Part shown: positions 53,200 through 53,963 of the stretch, piece by piece | Layout of the letters: the number at the start of each line of letters is the position of its first letter | How positions within the stretch are numbered: position 1 is the first letter of the stretch | Source of the DNA: Methanobacteriota archaeon | GTDB lineage: Archaea > Thermoplasmatota > Poseidoniia > Poseidoniales > Poseidoniaceae | Direction of reading: 5' to 3' | Length of the DNA: 53,963 nt | Assembly: GCA_011526375.1 (NCBI GenBank) | Contig: WTIT01000087.1 | Coordinates: 71,565-125,527 of the forward strand | Translations under genes and position numbers: made by a program | The notes under the pieces: model-generated | What the model was told of the DNA's origin: nothing | What the model saw: the letters and a program-made list of their open reading frames with translations, nothing else | Databases searched by the model: none

Positions 53200-53963
53200 C
53201 TACTTCCAAGGTTCCATCAAGAGTGGTTTTCCGACTGAACCGGGCTCTACAAGTAACTTGCCTTTTTGTCCCGTGCCTGGAGACCTTTCAAAAACAGGTA
53301 TTCCGTTAACTGCGGTCAATACAGGCCAACCGGTTAATTTTCTTCCCCTAAATGGATTCCAACCCACTCTTGTCCACGAGTTTTCATCTTCGACAATTGC
53401 ACTATGGTTCATATCGACTAGAACAATATCTCCGTCATAACCTTCCTCTAGTTTACCTTTGCCAATCATGCGATAGCAGTCTGCTACATTGGATGACATC
53501 CAACGAACAACATCTTCAATTGAGCATTTTCCTTGATTTACATAATTTAGCATAACTGCTAGAGAGGTTTCGACGCCAGGCATGCCACTTGGTGCATGTG
53601 GAAAGCCTTTTGATTTGGCTTCGAGAGTGTGTGGGGCGTGGTCAGTTGCGATACACTGAATCGTTCCATCAACTAACCTATTCCACAAAATTTCCCTATC
53701 TGCCTTGTATCTAATGGGAGGGTTCATTTGCAATCGAACACCTTGTTCTTCGACATCGGTTTCATCAAATGTGAGGTGTTGTGGTAATACTTCTGTGGTA
53801 ATTATTGGATGACCTTCGGTTTTTGAGGGTAGATTACAATGGTCGGTTAGGAAATCAGCTTCAATACCCGAGGTAAGGTGTAAGATATGCAATCTATGTC
53901 CTGTTTTATGGGCTAAATTAACCGCTAATTTAGTTGCTAATAACGCAGTTATGTCATCTCGGT
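53200..53963 (-). CDS. pyrC: Dihydroorotase-type cyclic amidohydrolase, 5'-truncated by the window edge
   Basis: The frame stays open to the window end (...RDDITALLATKLAVNLAHKTGHRLHILHLTSG). IATDHAPHTLEAKSKGF..APSGMPGVETSL and GYDGDIVLVDMN fit class I dihydroorotase. I have not excluded allantoinase or hydantoinase. Confidence 0.7.
   Translation of the reverse strand, partial: RDDITALLATKLAVNLAHKTGHRLHILHLTSGIEADFLTDHCNLPSKTEGHPIITTEVLPQHLTFDETDVEEQGVRLQMNPPIRYKADREILWNRLVDGTIQCIATDHAPHTLEAKSKGFPHAPSGMPGVETSLAVMLNYVNQGKCSIEDVVRWMSSNVADCYRMIGKGKLEEGYDGDIVLVDMNHSAIVEDENSWTRVGWNPFRGRKLTGWPVLTAVNGIPVFERSPGTGQKGKLLVEPGSVGKPLLMEPWK

Noticed and set aside
1-53963. Searched by eye for rRNA or tRNA genes, CRISPR arrays, transposases, integrases, reverse transcriptases, toxin-antitoxin pairs and restriction-modification genes.
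   Set aside because: No spacer exceeds about 117 nt. I saw no direct-repeat/spacer periodicity, and no ORF shows integrase (R..H..R..Y), DDE, RT (YxDD) or methyltransferase/nuclease defence signatures. A dedicated tRNAscan or CRISPR finder was not run.

Overview
Gene-dense, low-GC chromosomal segment. By my gene calls about 97% is coding and the longest spacer is about 117 nt. I found no rRNA, tRNA, CRISPR array, transposase or integrase. The gene content points to a planktonic marine euryarchaeon, probably Marine Group II / Poseidoniales-like; this is an inference. The supporting content is a TYW2/Taw2-type wyosine enzyme, stand-alone Lrp/AsnC RAM-domain proteins, a very acidic proteome, several peptidases and giant Asp-rich-repeat surface proteins. 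Layout from left to right: (1) a truncated AlkB-like hydroxylase. (2) A four-gene translationally coupled ABC unit: ATPase, a 1213-aa double-FtsX permease carrying pentapeptide repeats, a second ATPase with a zinc ribbon, and a DUF3817 protein. (3) Housekeeping and small genes: cupin, gpmA, DUF1499, an orphan JAMM/MPN metalloprotease and an acidic protein. (4) An MMPL/RND exporter coupled to a DUF4281 protein. (5) A minus-strand unit of an S15 X-Pro peptidase plus two tandem paralogous Cys-containing bitopic membrane proteins. It diverges from a membrane-anchored cyclophilin and a GDSL-esterase/TSP3-repeat protein. (6) taw2, a 1038-aa orphan surface protein, and uvrC. (7) A wHTH-NB-ARC STAND ATPase with two stand-alone RAM-domain genes. 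(8) A surface-protein island: a 1587-aa beta-helix/PKD-like protein, a divergent GT2/GT4 glycosyltransferase pair, an 858-aa PPC+TSP3 protein, a 452-aa anchored protein, DUF4105, thiamine pyrophosphokinase, a 2063-aa FG-GAP+TSP3 giant and an EF-hand/zinc-ribbon protein. (9) Divergent M29 and M32 peptidases, a small membrane protein and a truncated dihydroorotase. Six type-I-anchored surface proteins occupy about 38% of the window. The most interesting candidates for undescribed biology are the AfsR-like wHTH-NB-ARC regulator/sensor next to split RAM sensors, the surface-protein island whose cytoplasmic tails carry polyproline patches alongside WW-like Trp modules, the pentapeptide-bearing dual-ATPase MacB-like machine, and the peptidase-linked tandem Cys/CCG membrane paralogs. 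All family assignments come from motif recognition by eye. No database search was run.
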